DNA from: Candidatus Margulisiibacteriota bacterium
Lineage (GTDB): Bacteria > Margulisbacteria > Marinamargulisbacteria > SXXA01 > SICP01
NCBI GenBank assembly: GCA_009691415.1
Contig: SICP01000006.1
Coordinates: 1-57,878, forward strand
Direction of reading: 5' to 3'
DNA: 57,878 nucleotides
Numbering within the stretch: position 1 is the first letter of the stretch; each line of letters opens with the position of its first letter. Positions 19,326-30,733 of this stretch are shown here, in pieces. Under the pieces are notes generated by a model that was not told the DNA's origin, searched no databases, and saw only the letters and a program-made list of their open reading frames with translations. The position numbers and the translations under genes were made by a program.

Positions 19326-21514
19326 CCCTTGAACAGTCTACAGAAGGCAGTCTCGCCTCTCTAATTGAAAAATGTACGGTGTATCTTTCTCCAGAAGATC
19401 TCAAAACGATTGAACGTGCTTATGTTTTTGCAGAAGTCGCACATCAAGATCAGTCACGACATTCGGGAATTCCATATATTACGCATCCCGTACTTGTCGC
19501 GAGTATTTTGGCGGAATTACGGCAAGATGTTGCCACGATTTGTGCAGGTCTTTTGCACGATACGATAGAAGATACGGTTGTCGACCAAAAGGGGCTCACC
19601 AAAGAATTTGGTGCCGATGTATGCCAATTGGTCAGTGGGGTAACCAAGCTAGGAAAAATTTATTTTGGGTCTAAAGAAGAACAACAGGCTGAGAATTTTC
19701 GCAAGCTTTTTCTCGCAATGGCCAACGATGTGCGCGTCGTTATTATTAAATTAGCAGATCGTTTACATAATATGCGAACGTTAAAATCTTTACCGCAACA
19801 CAAGCAGGAACGCATTGCAATTGAGACGCGCGAAATTTTTGCGCCTCTGGCACATCGCATGGGAATTTGGTCATTAAAGTGGGAGCTAGAAGACCTCTGT
19901 TTCTTCTATTTAGAGCCCAACGAATTTCAAGAAATCAAACGCCTCGTTGCCTCACATCGAAGTACACGCGAGCAATATTTACTGGGCTTCATCAACCATA
20001 TGCAGACCTTATGCGATGACCTGAAAATCCCAGTTAAAATTTCCGGGCGTCCCAAACACTTTTACAGTATTTATCAAAAACTTAAGAAACAGCATATTGC
20101 CTTCGAAGATCTGTATGACACGCTGGGCGTTCGTATCATGGTCAATACCGTGGGTGATTGTTATCAAGTGCTCGGCATTATTCACTCAGCATATAAGCCC
20201 ATTAGCGGACGCATTAAGGATTATATTGCAGTACCTAAATCCAACATGTATCAATCTCTGCATACGACCGTGATTGGGCCTGAAGGCAACCCTGTTGAGG
20301 CACAGATACGGACAATGGAGATGCATCAAGTTGCAGAGAATGGTATCGCAGCGCATTGGCAGTACAAAGGAGGTGCCCCGCAACGGGGTAAACAACAAGG
20401 TGATTTTTCATGGCTTAGAGAAATTATCGATTTACAACAAGACGTCAAAGCCCCGCGTGATTTTTTACAAGAATTAAAATTAGATTTATTTATTGATGAG
20501 GTATTCGTCTTTACGCCACTCGGGGATTTGTACACGCTGCCCAAAGGCGCTACTCCGATTGATTTTGCCTATCGTATTCACACAGAAGTAGGACATTGTT
20601 GCGTTGGTGCCAAAATAAATGGTGCCATCACGACGTTGGATCAGGTATTGCGAAGCGGAGATAGAGTAGAAATTTTAACCACCAAGCAAGGCCATCCCAA
20701 ATTAGATTGGCTAGATTTTGCAAAAACATCCCAGTCTAAAAATCGTATTAAGCAATGGTTTCGGCGTCAAGCCACCACAGAAAATTTACAACTAGGTCGC
20801 AAAAAACTTGAGAAAGCATTGATTCTTGCAGGCTATTCTCCCAAAGAAACACTTACTGCTAATTATCTAGACAAATTAAAATCTCATTTTGCAATAGAGC
20901 GTTATGAAGACCTCTTCTTACATATTGCGCATGGTGATGTCCAAGCGCGTGAAGTCATCACATTCTTAAACAAATTACGTCATCCAGAAGGTGAATCGTC
21001 TGCACTGAAACATGATATTCCGCTTAGTTCAAAATCAAGTAAATCTGATTCGGATGACTTGGGTATTCGGGTCTTGGGTGAAGAACATATTAGCGTACGC
21101 ATTGCAAAATGCTGTCATCCTCTTCCTGGTGACGACATTATGGGCTTTATCACACTAGGATCAGGCATTTCAGTCCATCGCAAAGATTGTCGGCATATGC
21201 GTTACAGCATTGATGAGACCACCAAATCGCGTATTATCGAAGTCTCTTGGGATCCCAGAAAGAAAATACTCTATCCTGTTACATTGTCTGTAGAAGGGTT
21301 TGACCGAACCGGGATTTTGCAAGATATCTTGCAAAAAATTGCAGACCGCAAAGCAGCCATTCGCAAAGTAGAAACCGCTTTATCTCCAAACGGAGGCGGC
21401 ATGAGTGCCACGATCGTATTAGACATTCCGGATCTCGCCTATCTAAAGCGTATAATGACCGCTCTAAACAGTATTTCAGATGTCATTTCTGTAAGACGGG
21501 TGAATCATGATTAA
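19322..21514 (+). CDS. relA: Bifunctional (p)ppGpp synthetase/hydrolase (Rel/SpoT)
   Basis: Intact HD motif LLHDTIED, KLADRLHNMRTL, RxKD (RIKDY), YQSLHTT, TGS, CC.PLPGD, ACT. Confidence 0.95.
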   Translation: MTLEQSTEGSLASLIEKCTVYLSPEDLKTIERAYVFAEVAHQDQSRHSGIPYITHPVLVASILAELRQDVATICAGLLHDTIEDTVVDQKGLTKEFGADVCQLVSGVTKLGKIYFGSKEEQQAENFRKLFLAMANDVRVVIIKLADRLHNMRTLKSLPQHKQERIAIETREIFAPLAHRMGIWSLKWELEDLCFFYLEPNEFQEIKRLVASHRSTREQYLLGFINHMQTLCDDLKIPVKISGRPKHFYSIYQKLKKQHIAFEDLYDTLGVRIMVNTVGDCYQVLGIIHSAYKPISGRIKDYIAVPKSNMYQSLHTTVIGPEGNPVEAQIRTMEMHQVAENGIAAHWQYKGGAPQRGKQQGDFSWLREIIDLQQDVKAPRDFLQELKLDLFIDEVFVFTPLGDLYTLPKGATPIDFAYRIHTEVGHCCVGAKINGAITTLDQVLRSGDRVEILTTKQGHPKLDWLDFAKTSQSKNRIKQWFRRQATTENLQLGRKKLEKALILAGYSPKETLTANYLDKLKSHFAIERYEDLFLHIAHGDVQAREVITFLNKLRHPEGESSALKHDIPLSSKSSKSDSDDLGIRVLGEEHISVRIAKCCHPLPGDDIMGFITLGSGISVHRKDCRHMRYSIDETTKSRIIEVSWDPRKKILYPVTLSVEGFDRTGILQDILQKIADRKAAIRKVETALSPNGGGMSATIVLDIPDLAYLKRIMTALNSISDVISVRRVNHD

Positions 21515-22109
21515 AGTGGCAGTCGCTTCCGGAAATGCAGGAAAAATAAAAGAAATTATGGCCCTGGTTTCAAGTGATCTACGCACAGCCTGTTCAATCC
21601 AAGACGTATTGGGAACTTTCCCAGAAGTTATTGAAGATGGCAACACATTTATCGAAAATGCCATAAAAAAAGTAGCCGATCTTCCAACGCTTCCAAACGT
21701 GATCTATCTATCAGACGATTCCGGTCTTTCGGTTGATGCCTTAGACGGGCGACCAGGTATTTATTCAGCCCGTTATGGTGGCGGAAACTTAACAAATGCC
21801 GAACAATGCGACTTACTATTAAAAGAATTAGGAACGGCACAAAACCGAAACGCACATTACACCTGTGCGATTGCCATTAAATTTCCTTCAGGGCAGGTTG
21901 AAGTTGCAGAAGGCCATTGGCATGGTCAAATCGGATATGTCTTAAAAGGTACAAAAGGGTTCGGCTATGACCCTATTTTTATTCCAGCCGGACTAGAAAT
22001 TACAGCCGCAGAATTGGACCCAGAAGAAAAGAACAAAATTAGTCATCGGCACCACGCCCTCTCAGCCGCCAAAGAGATGATCTTGCGCTTTTGTACGGAA
22101 TCAGTATAA
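21507..22109 (+). CDS. rdgB: Non-canonical purine NTP pyrophosphatase (RdgB/HAM1)
   Basis: ASGN.GKIKE, TF.ENA.KK, DDSGL.VDAL.G.PG.YSARY, GFGYDPIF, KN.ISHR. Confidence 0.96.
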   Translation: MIKVAVASGNAGKIKEIMALVSSDLRTACSIQDVLGTFPEVIEDGNTFIENAIKKVADLPTLPNVIYLSDDSGLSVDALDGRPGIYSARYGGGNLTNAEQCDLLLKELGTAQNRNAHYTCAIAIKFPSGQVEVAEGHWHGQIGYVLKGTKGFGYDPIFIPAGLEITAAELDPEEKNKISHRHHALSAAKEMILRFCTESV

Positions 22110-22129
22110 ACTAAGTCCTTCTTTTATGT

Positions 22130-22206
22130 CGGGGCGTAGCGCAGCCTGGTAGCGCACCAGTTTTGGGAACTGGGGGTCGGAGGTTCAAGTCCTCTCGCCC
22201 CGACCA
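22130..22206 (+). tRNA. tRNA-Pro(TGG)
   Basis: CGGGGCG acceptor, anticodon arm CCAGT-TTTGGGA-ACTGG, GTTCAAG T-loop, encoded CCA. Confidence 0.96.
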
Positions 22207-22227
22207 TTTAATTTAATTTTAGAAACA

Positions 22228-23219
22228 TTAGTTTAAGATCTGTTTGCTATTAAGATAAAGAAAAACTTGGGTATTATTCATTTTTTTCGAGATTACCTGC
22301 ATAAATCAAATAGCTTTCTTGCACGCTAGGGTTGTATTTCTGGTACCAGTCTAGATTCTTGATCAAATTTTTCGAAACTGTTTCTGAAGATTTGATTTCA
22401 ATAGGCAGTAGACGCGTTCCTTCCTCCATTAACAAATCAATTTCATGATTATTGTTTTCACCAAAAAAATGAAAATCTGGGCTGACTCGCCTGATTATAA
22501 TGGTGCTTCAAAAGATCTACTACGACAAACGATTCAAAAATATTCCCCTTCAAAGAGTGATTATGGAGTTGCTCAGCTGAAGTAATACCAAGTAAATAAC
22601 ACGCCAGTCCTGAATCAAGAAAATGCAGTTTCGGAGATTTCGTCAGCCGTTTATTGAGATTTAAATGATGGGGATAAAGCCTTGTCAGAATATAACTGGT
22701 TTCTAGAACAGAGAATCATTGTTTTGCCGTAGAAAATGAAATAGCACACTCATTGGATAAGCTTTGTATATTTAATACCTGCCCTGTTCAGCTTGCACAG
22801 GCTCTTAAAAAACGACCAAATGTAAAAAGATTCTTTACATTAATAAGTTCTCTTATATCTCGCTCAAGATAGGTTGACGTATAAAACGCTATTGCCTCGG
22901 TAGGGTTTAGAGATTCTTTATGGATTCCAGATTTTTCCCTAAGGAATTTTCTGGCAATTCCGATGTGGAAAAAGGGAGCGGTGTGAATAAGGCGGTGCGC
23001 CTTGCCAAGGATTGAGAAATTACCTTTGTTTGAATATAGGACAGTAAGGTTGGTGCCCTTTGAATTTCATCAAAAATGGCCCCTCAGTAAATTTTCGTAA
23101 AAAACCCGTTTGTACAGCGTTATTTTACCCGATTGCCTAGGACTTGTTATGGTAACAACAGGATACTGTTCGGCCAATCGTAATAAGCTTGCTTCTATCT
23201 CTTGTTTGATAATATCCAT
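22228..23219 (-). pseudogene. Decayed AAA_14/DUF4143 ATPase
   Basis: Fragments EIEASLLRLAEQYPVVTITSPRQSGKITL (degenerate Walker A) and HEIDLLMEEGTRLLPIEIKS; no ORF of 60 aa or more over ~1 kb. Confidence 0.8.
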
Positions 23220-23290
23220 TTGAAGGTAAACTTGCATTATTCTGTACAGAATAGCAAGTCAACTTATCAATATGTATGAAATAGTGAGGG

Positions 23291-24169
23291 TCACCCTACC
23301 AATATCCGTTCCAACTCCAAATACTTTTCTGATGCTTTTTTCACAATATCCTCTGGCAGTACTGGCCCAGGATAGTGTTTGTTCCATGGTGTGGACTCCA
23401 GATAATCTCTTACGATTTGCTTGTCAAAACTAGGAGGAGAGCTTCCTGGCTGGTATTCAGCTTTCGGCCAGTAGCGCGAGGAATCTGGCGTAAGAACTTC
23501 GTCGATCAGAATAAGTTGATCACCAATGCGTCCGAATTCAAATTTAGTGTCTGCCAAAATAATGCCACGTGTTTCTGCATAGTCTCGTCCTAATGCGTAG
23601 AGGTCTAAACTTATTTTTCTTAAGTTTTCTGAAAGTTCGGCCCCAATGAGGCTTTGCATTTTTTCGAATGAAATATTTTCATCGTGTCCACCATCCATCG
23701 CTTTGTAGGCAGGTGTAAAAATAGGCTCGGGAAGTTTATCTGCCATACGCAAGTTGGCTGGCAGTGCAATTCCGCAGACAGTGCCGGATTGTTGATATTC
23801 TTTCCAACCGGTCCCAATCAGATACCCTCTGACAACACACTCTACTTCGATTAAATCGGTTTTTCTGACAAACATAGACCGCCCATGCAAGATTTCCTTA
23901 TAGGGTTGTGTTTCGGCTGGAAAGTCGTCTACGTTTGTGCTAATTAAATGGTGATCGTAGCGGGGTCCAATTTTATCGAACCAAAATTGAGAAACGCGCG
24001 TAAGAATTTTACCTTTTTCTGGAATACCATTGGGCATAATGACATCAAAAGCGGAGATGCGATCAGAAGCAACAATAAGTAAGTGCTTATCCAAGTCATA
24101 GACATTGCGCACTTTACCCTTTCGGAAAAGTTTGAGAGTGGGTAAATTTATTTCTGTAAGTATATTCAT
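23291..24169 (-). CDS. purC: SAICAR synthase
   Basis: GKVR.VY, SDRISAFD, ECVVRGYL.G.GW, PIFTP, HDENI, ILADTKFEFG, DEVLTPDSSRYW, DKQ.VRD; start MNILTEI after AGGAG. Confidence 0.96.
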   Translation of the reverse strand: MNILTEINLPTLKLFRKGKVRNVYDLDKHLLIVASDRISAFDVIMPNGIPEKGKILTRVSQFWFDKIGPRYDHHLISTNVDDFPAETQPYKEILHGRSMFVRKTDLIEVECVVRGYLIGTGWKEYQQSGTVCGIALPANLRMADKLPEPIFTPAYKAMDGGHDENISFEKMQSLIGAELSENLRKISLDLYALGRDYAETRGIILADTKFEFGRIGDQLILIDEVLTPDSSRYWPKAEYQPGSSPPSFDKQIVRDYLESTPWNKHYPGPVLPEDIVKKASEKYLELERILVG

Positions 24170-24180
24170 ATGTATCTCCT

Positions 24181-25320
24181 TTAATGGGGTAACCACTGTT
24201 TGGGGTGTCTTAAATAGCCGGTGATTTGGATATCAGGGCCTATCCTTTCCATTTGCATATCCCGAATTTCCGAAACATCGGCTAATGTATTAACTCCTTT
24301 TGTAGCAAATACAGATCGGTCATTTTCACCACCAAACAATTTGGGAGCTAAGAAAAAAATCACTTTATCTACAGCATGCTGATCGAGTGCAGAGCTATAC
24401 ACGCCAGGGCCACCTTCTATCAAGATATCTTGTATACCCGCTTCATAACAGTTATGCAGAATATCTGGCCACGTGATTTTTCCTTCAGAATTCACATCAA
24501 ATGGCCAGTGCGTTACGAGTTTTTTTAGAGCCTCTGGAAGGGCCGTTTTTTTGGCGGTTAGCAAAATAATCGTGACGCCAGGATTGGCTTTAAAGAGCGC
24601 CGACGACTCTGGTAATCTTGCTTCTGGATCCAAAATTAAAATGGTGCGTTCTCTTTCTAAATCAGGGCCGTCATCATCTCTACAATTTAAGAGAGGATTA
24701 TCAGCCAAGACTGTTCCAATACCAATTAATAAGGCCTGATTTTCTCTGCGAAGTTGGTGGACTTTTTTCCGAGATTCTACAGATGTAATATATTTGCTTT
24801 GTCCATTTGAAAGTGCGATTTTTCCGTCAATACTCATCCCTGCTTTTAGCGTTACAAAGGGCTGTTTGAGAAGATGCGTTTTAAAAAATCCGGCGTTAAG
24901 TAAAAGGGCTTCTTCTTGAAGAAGACCACTCGCCACTTCTATACCTGCAGCAGAAAAAAATTCTTTGGCCGATTTTTCTCTGACCTTGGGATTGGGATCA
25001 TCGATCGCGTAGACCACTTTCGTGATACCTCTTTCTATAATCCGATTGGCACAAGGCGGTTGTTTTCCCCAATGAGTACAGGGCTCAAGAGTGATATAGA
25101 GCGTAGCCCCTTGCGCAGCAATCCCACAACGATCTAACGCAATAGATTCTGCATGAGGCTCACCCGATTTTTGATGAATCCCTTCGCTAATCACTTTTCC
25201 ATTTTTAACAACAGCAGCCGCTGTCACAGGATTGGGAAGCGTATAGCCTTTTCGGGTTTTAGCCGCTTCGATTAAACGCGCCATCACCATTTTTTCGAAG
25301 GGAGTAAAAACGGTGTTCAT
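24181..25320 (-). CDS. ribD: Riboflavin biosynthesis deaminase/reductase RibD
   Basis: PNP, HAE, TLEPCTH.G..PPC, K.GMS.DGKIA, GIGTVLADNP.L, IEGG. Confidence 0.96.
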   Translation of the reverse strand: MNTVFTPFEKMVMARLIEAAKTRKGYTLPNPVTAAAVVKNGKVISEGIHQKSGEPHAESIALDRCGIAAQGATLYITLEPCTHWGKQPPCANRIIERGITKVVYAIDDPNPKVREKSAKEFFSAAGIEVASGLLQEEALLLNAGFFKTHLLKQPFVTLKAGMSIDGKIALSNGQSKYITSVESRKKVHQLRRENQALLIGIGTVLADNPLLNCRDDDGPDLERERTILILDPEARLPESSALFKANPGVTIILLTAKKTALPEALKKLVTHWPFDVNSEGKITWPDILHNCYEAGIQDILIEGGPGVYSSALDQHAVDKVIFFLAPKLFGGENDRSVFATKGVNTLADVSEIRDMQMERIGPDIQITGYLRHPKQWLPH

Positions 25321-26621
25321 GGATTGGAGTTATGTTGATCAGGATCTACAGGATGTACATTTTCTGTAGCGACGATCGGATTCTCGGTACTAAAAATGGC
25401 ACAATTGTCCGAACCATTTCCTTTGGATAAAAAAAGACGAATACGGCGATTCTCTTTGACATTACGTCCTTCCGGAGGACGGCTTTCAATGACGTATCCT
25501 TTGGGATATTGCGCATTGTCTCGCTCTCCAGCAATCTCTCCAAGCAACCCGTCTTCCTTCAAGACCCGCAACGCCCTTTCTAAGGACATACCCGTAACAT
25601 GAGGAACTGCTTTTTCTGGAATAGAAGTCGAGTAGGATACAAATTCATGGTACAAAACACCCAACACGGACAAGATAATAATAGAAGCAATTGTGAGAAT
25701 GACCCACTTTCTATTTTTTTTATTTTTTCTTCGGTTCACGTCTTGTTTCAACTCCTTCCTGAAAGTCTCTTCTTGATTTAAGGGAATATAGTGTGGAGGC
25801 TTTGCCGTCTTCGGAGATTGTAAATTTTTTAATAAAACGGCAAACGATGGATATCGATAATTAGGATCTATTTGTAGACAAATTTGAATCGTTTTTTCGA
25901 TATGATTCGGTGTACTCTCAAAACGTTTATAAAAAGGTAAGGGTCCTTCTAATAATAAAGTTGTTATCCCCGTAATTTTTGAAGTATTGGGATAAGGCCA
26001 CTGCTTTCCAAATAGAACATAGAGCAGAATACCCATACTATAGATATCCGATTGAATTGTATACGTCTGAGACTGCACCAATTCCGGTGCGATAAAAATC
26101 CCCTCATCGATAGCATCTAATTCGAGAAGCTGGTGTTGCAAAATAGGTATCGGTAAACTGACTGTGCTGAGCATAATATTTTGATCTTGATCTATATAAA
26201 GGTCATGGATATTCAGTTGTCCTCCACAGAGATCTTTGGATTCTAATAGCATCATGGCCGACACAATTTGCGTACTCCATTTGCCTCGAATCGCATCAGA
26301 GACATCGGGGTTTCCGTTTAAGTAATCTCCCAAAGAGACTAGATCTTTTTCAAAAGGATAGATGGCATAAAATTGGGAGCCAGTATACTCAAATTCTTCT
26401 AAGGACAATATATTTGGGTGTCTGATATACCGAAGTTTTTGCGCCAATTTAATCAAGTCTTGAGTCACTTCTGGACTCAGATACTGGGCTTTAAATTCCC
26501 AGACATAATATCGATCCTGTTTGACAGTATGCTTGGTATCATAGAGACGCGTTAAAACACCCTCGGAGAGGCAGTTCTGAACCTCATAGTAGCCCCTAAT
26601 CAGTTTGGGTTCTGACATCAT
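25317..26621 (-). CDS. PknB-like Ser/Thr kinase-fold protein (pseudokinase) with TM and one PASTA domain
   Basis: HPNI, APE, SDIYS.GILLY, IC...DP..RY retained; TM; VPHVTGMSLERA...G.VI...PP.G..VK..R.I.L.LSKG PASTA. Confidence 0.85.
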   Translation of the reverse strand: MMSEPKLIRGYYEVQNCLSEGVLTRLYDTKHTVKQDRYYVWEFKAQYLSPEVTQDLIKLAQKLRYIRHPNILSLEEFEYTGSQFYAIYPFEKDLVSLGDYLNGNPDVSDAIRGKWSTQIVSAMMLLESKDLCGGQLNIHDLYIDQDQNIMLSTVSLPIPILQHQLLELDAIDEGIFIAPELVQSQTYTIQSDIYSMGILLYVLFGKQWPYPNTSKITGITTLLLEGPLPFYKRFESTPNHIEKTIQICLQIDPNYRYPSFAVLLKNLQSPKTAKPPHYIPLNQEETFRKELKQDVNRRKNKKNRKWVILTIASIIILSVLGVLYHEFVSYSTSIPEKAVPHVTGMSLERALRVLKEDGLLGEIAGERDNAQYPKGYVIESRPPEGRNVKENRRIRLFLSKGNGSDNCAIFSTENPIVATENVHPVDPDQHNSNP

Positions 26622-27030
26622 TTACTACGCTTTTTAACGATACCCTGTTTACTCTTGAGATTCCGTCTAATATCCACTTGTTTCTCTTCAGACTTCTTAA
26701 GAAATGCACTTATCTTTGTATCAAAGTCATTATTTTTTGGTGCTTTTGCCGGAATATATTGGGAGACGATCTCTTCTGATTCTGTGGCTTTTTTGATTGA
26801 AAATTCAAGCTTATTTTTTTTATTGCGCATCAGAATTTTAACAGTCACTTTTTGACCAATACTTGCAAATTTAGTAATGTCCGTCACATATTCATTGGCA
26901 ACCTCAGAGATATGCACAAGACCCTCTTCTCCAATATCCAATTTCACAAAAGCGCCAAATGCCGCAACATGTGTGATCACACCAGAAAATACTTTTCCAA
27001 TAAGAGCTGTGTCTGTATTTTCTAGGTCAC

Positions 27031-27034
<4 letters not shown>
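26618..27034 (-). CDS. S1 RNA-binding domain protein (YabR/YugI-like)
   Basis: G.IT....FGAFV.L....EGLVHISEVA..YV; F..KI..FLK.SEEK. Confidence 0.9.
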
Positions 27035-28613
<1,579 letters not shown>

Positions 28614-28617
28614 TTAA

Positions 28618-28647
28618 CATGCGCCCCCTTAAGGGGGTTGGGGGGCT
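28618..28647 (-). repeat. Solo copy of the CCCCCCAACCCCCT(A/T)AAGGGGG REP-like element in the eno leader
   Basis: Reverse complement is 29/30 identical to 14679-14708. Confidence 0.85.
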
Positions 28648-28704
28648 CATAGTAGCAAATAAGCCGTAATTGTAGAATGACATGTTTCATGATAGATAGG
28701 GGGT

Positions 28705-29565
28705 ATGGATCCCTTATTAATACTCTTAAAAGATGCACTAGACGAAGATATGCCAAACGGTGACATTACCTCAGAATTAATGGTGCCAGAAAATCTGACT
28801 CAAACAGCGCGTATTACAAGCAAAGCCCCCGGTATTTTTTATGGCACAGAAATTATTTCTGGGATATTTAATTTATTAGATTCCAGTACACAAGTTGTCT
28901 TTCATTACCAAAACGGAGATAGGCTTACGAAAGGTGACGAAGTTGTGACGATAACAGGAAAGAGCCGCGTAATTCTAAAAGCAGAACGCGTCATGCTAAA
29001 TTTAATTCAACGGCTTTCAGGGATAGCAACACGAACATCTCAGTTTGTAGCGGCACTGGATGATGCGACGATTCAGGTTTTGGACACACGCAAAACGACT
29101 CCTCTGTTTCGGTTCTTAGAGCGCCGTGCAGTTGTCGCTGGCGGAGGCACGAATCACCGACTGAATTTATCAGATATGGTATTGATTAAAGAGAACCATC
29201 TCGCTGCTTTTTTAGCGACATCCCGTGATGATTTATTGCCAGATCTATTTGATCAAACGCGCGCAAAATATCCTGGCAGTAAAATTGAAATAGAGATCGA
29301 ATCTTTAGAGCAATTAAGATCCTTTGATTTGTCAAAAGTAGACATTATTATGTTTGATAATTTTTCGCTTGAAATGATTCGGGAAGGTGTTCAGATTTGC
29401 CGTCAGAAGTCGTATGCGGCAAAACTCGAAGTATCTGGGAATGTGACGCTTACAAGCATCAGCCAGTATAAAGGCATCGGCATCGATCGCATTTCTGTTG
29501 GGAGTTTAACCCATACAGTTGAAGCCTTGGATCTAAGTTTAAGACTAGAAGAATACAGACGATAA
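28705..29565 (+). CDS. nadC: Quinolinate phosphoribosyltransferase
   Basis: ED...GDITS, ER..LN...LSGIAT.T, DTRKTTP, NHR..LSDMVLIKENH, E.SG. Confidence 0.96.
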   Translation: MDPLLILLKDALDEDMPNGDITSELMVPENLTQTARITSKAPGIFYGTEIISGIFNLLDSSTQVVFHYQNGDRLTKGDEVVTITGKSRVILKAERVMLNLIQRLSGIATRTSQFVAALDDATIQVLDTRKTTPLFRFLERRAVVAGGGTNHRLNLSDMVLIKENHLAAFLATSRDDLLPDLFDQTRAKYPGSKIEIEIESLEQLRSFDLSKVDIIMFDNFSLEMIREGVQICRQKSYAAKLEVSGNVTLTSISQYKGIGIDRISVGSLTHTVEALDLSLRLEEYRR

Positions 29566-29568
29566 GAC

Positions 29569-30198
29569 ATGCTGGTTTTTAATAAAAAAACTGAATTTTC
29601 TGACCTAACCTATGAGTCATTTGCGGCTATATGCAAAGCCTGCACCAAATGCGCACTTCATGAAACACGCACCCAAGTTGTCGTCGGAACGGGTCCCGTC
29701 CCCTGTGATGTCATGGTCATCGGAGAAGGCCCTGGCGAACAAGAAGATTTACACGGAAAACCCTTCATAGGAAAAGCCGGACAACTCCTCACTAAAATTT
29801 TTGAATCAGCCGGTATCGAACGTGAAACACAAGTGTACATTACCAACACCGTTAAATGTCGCCCTCCAAAAAACCGCACGCCGTTTGCTTCCGAAATGGA
29901 AGCCTGCAAACCCTATCTCATTCGCCAAATTCAATTGGTTCAGCCCAAAATTTTAATTTTGCTAGGAGCGCCTTCACTCAGAGATGTCTTAGAAGAATCT
30001 CTCCCCATTAGCAAAGTGCGCGGCCAATGGTACAAAGTCCCCGTAGACTATATGACCGAACCGTTTTATATCATGCCCATGCTTCACCCTTCCTATTTAC
30101 TGCGGAAACAAAGCAAAGAAAAAGGCAGTCCAAAGTGGCTGACATTGCAAGACATGTTAGAAGTAAAAACGACAATGGGATTTTATAAGACGTTATAG
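29569..30198 (+). CDS. Uracil-DNA glycosylase family 4 (Fe-S)
   Basis: C..C.L, GEGPG..ED..G.PF.G.AG, N.VKCRPP.NR.P, C, HPSYLLR. Confidence 0.93.
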   Translation: MLVFNKKTEFSDLTYESFAAICKACTKCALHETRTQVVVGTGPVPCDVMVIGEGPGEQEDLHGKPFIGKAGQLLTKIFESAGIERETQVYITNTVKCRPPKNRTPFASEMEACKPYLIRQIQLVQPKILILLGAPSLRDVLEESLPISKVRGQWYKVPVDYMTEPFYIMPMLHPSYLLRKQSKEKGSPKWLTLQDMLEVKTTMGFYKTL

Positions 30199-30241
30199 AT
30201 GATTTCCTAATCCTCAAAGACTCGTTATAATACGTTTACTT

Positions 30242-30733
30242 ATGGCACGTTCACGCAATCGTAATAGAAATTGGAATGCAAAAAAGCCTCGGTTTACGTA
30301 TAAACTTTCTGAGCATTTTTCAAAAAAAGATTTTATGTACACGGCAGAAGACGGCACTGAAAAGTGTCGGATTAGCTTGGGATTAGTGGGCGGTTTAGAG
30401 TTATTGCGGTCACTTGCAAATAATCGCATCAATATTGTTAAGGGATATATCACCCCAGAAGCCGCTGAAAAACAGGGCAACTTCAAACGCAATTATCATC
30501 CATTAGGCCTTGCTGCAGATATTACGATTGATAATTTATCGCCTAAAGAAGTTTTTTTACTGGCAGAACAAGTGCCAGAATTTAAAGGCCTCGGTTTAAA
30601 TCTTACTGCACAGCATGTTCACGTAGATACCCGAAAACAACCAAACCGAGAAATATGGATCATAGAAGAGGGTCGTCGCATTGACCTTACAGAAGAGAAC
30701 AGAAAAAAATATTTTGAAACCCCAGTATCATAA
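30242..30733 (+). CDS. Peptidase M15/YcbK-like (LAS fold) protein
   Basis: LS.HF...DF, LE.LR, H.LG.AADI, GLG....HVHVDTR. Confidence 0.75.
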   Translation: MARSRNRNRNWNAKKPRFTYKLSEHFSKKDFMYTAEDGTEKCRISLGLVGGLELLRSLANNRINIVKGYITPEAAEKQGNFKRNYHPLGLAADITIDNLSPKEVFLLAEQVPEFKGLGLNLTAQHVHVDTRKQPNREIWIIEEGRRIDLTEENRKKYFETPVS

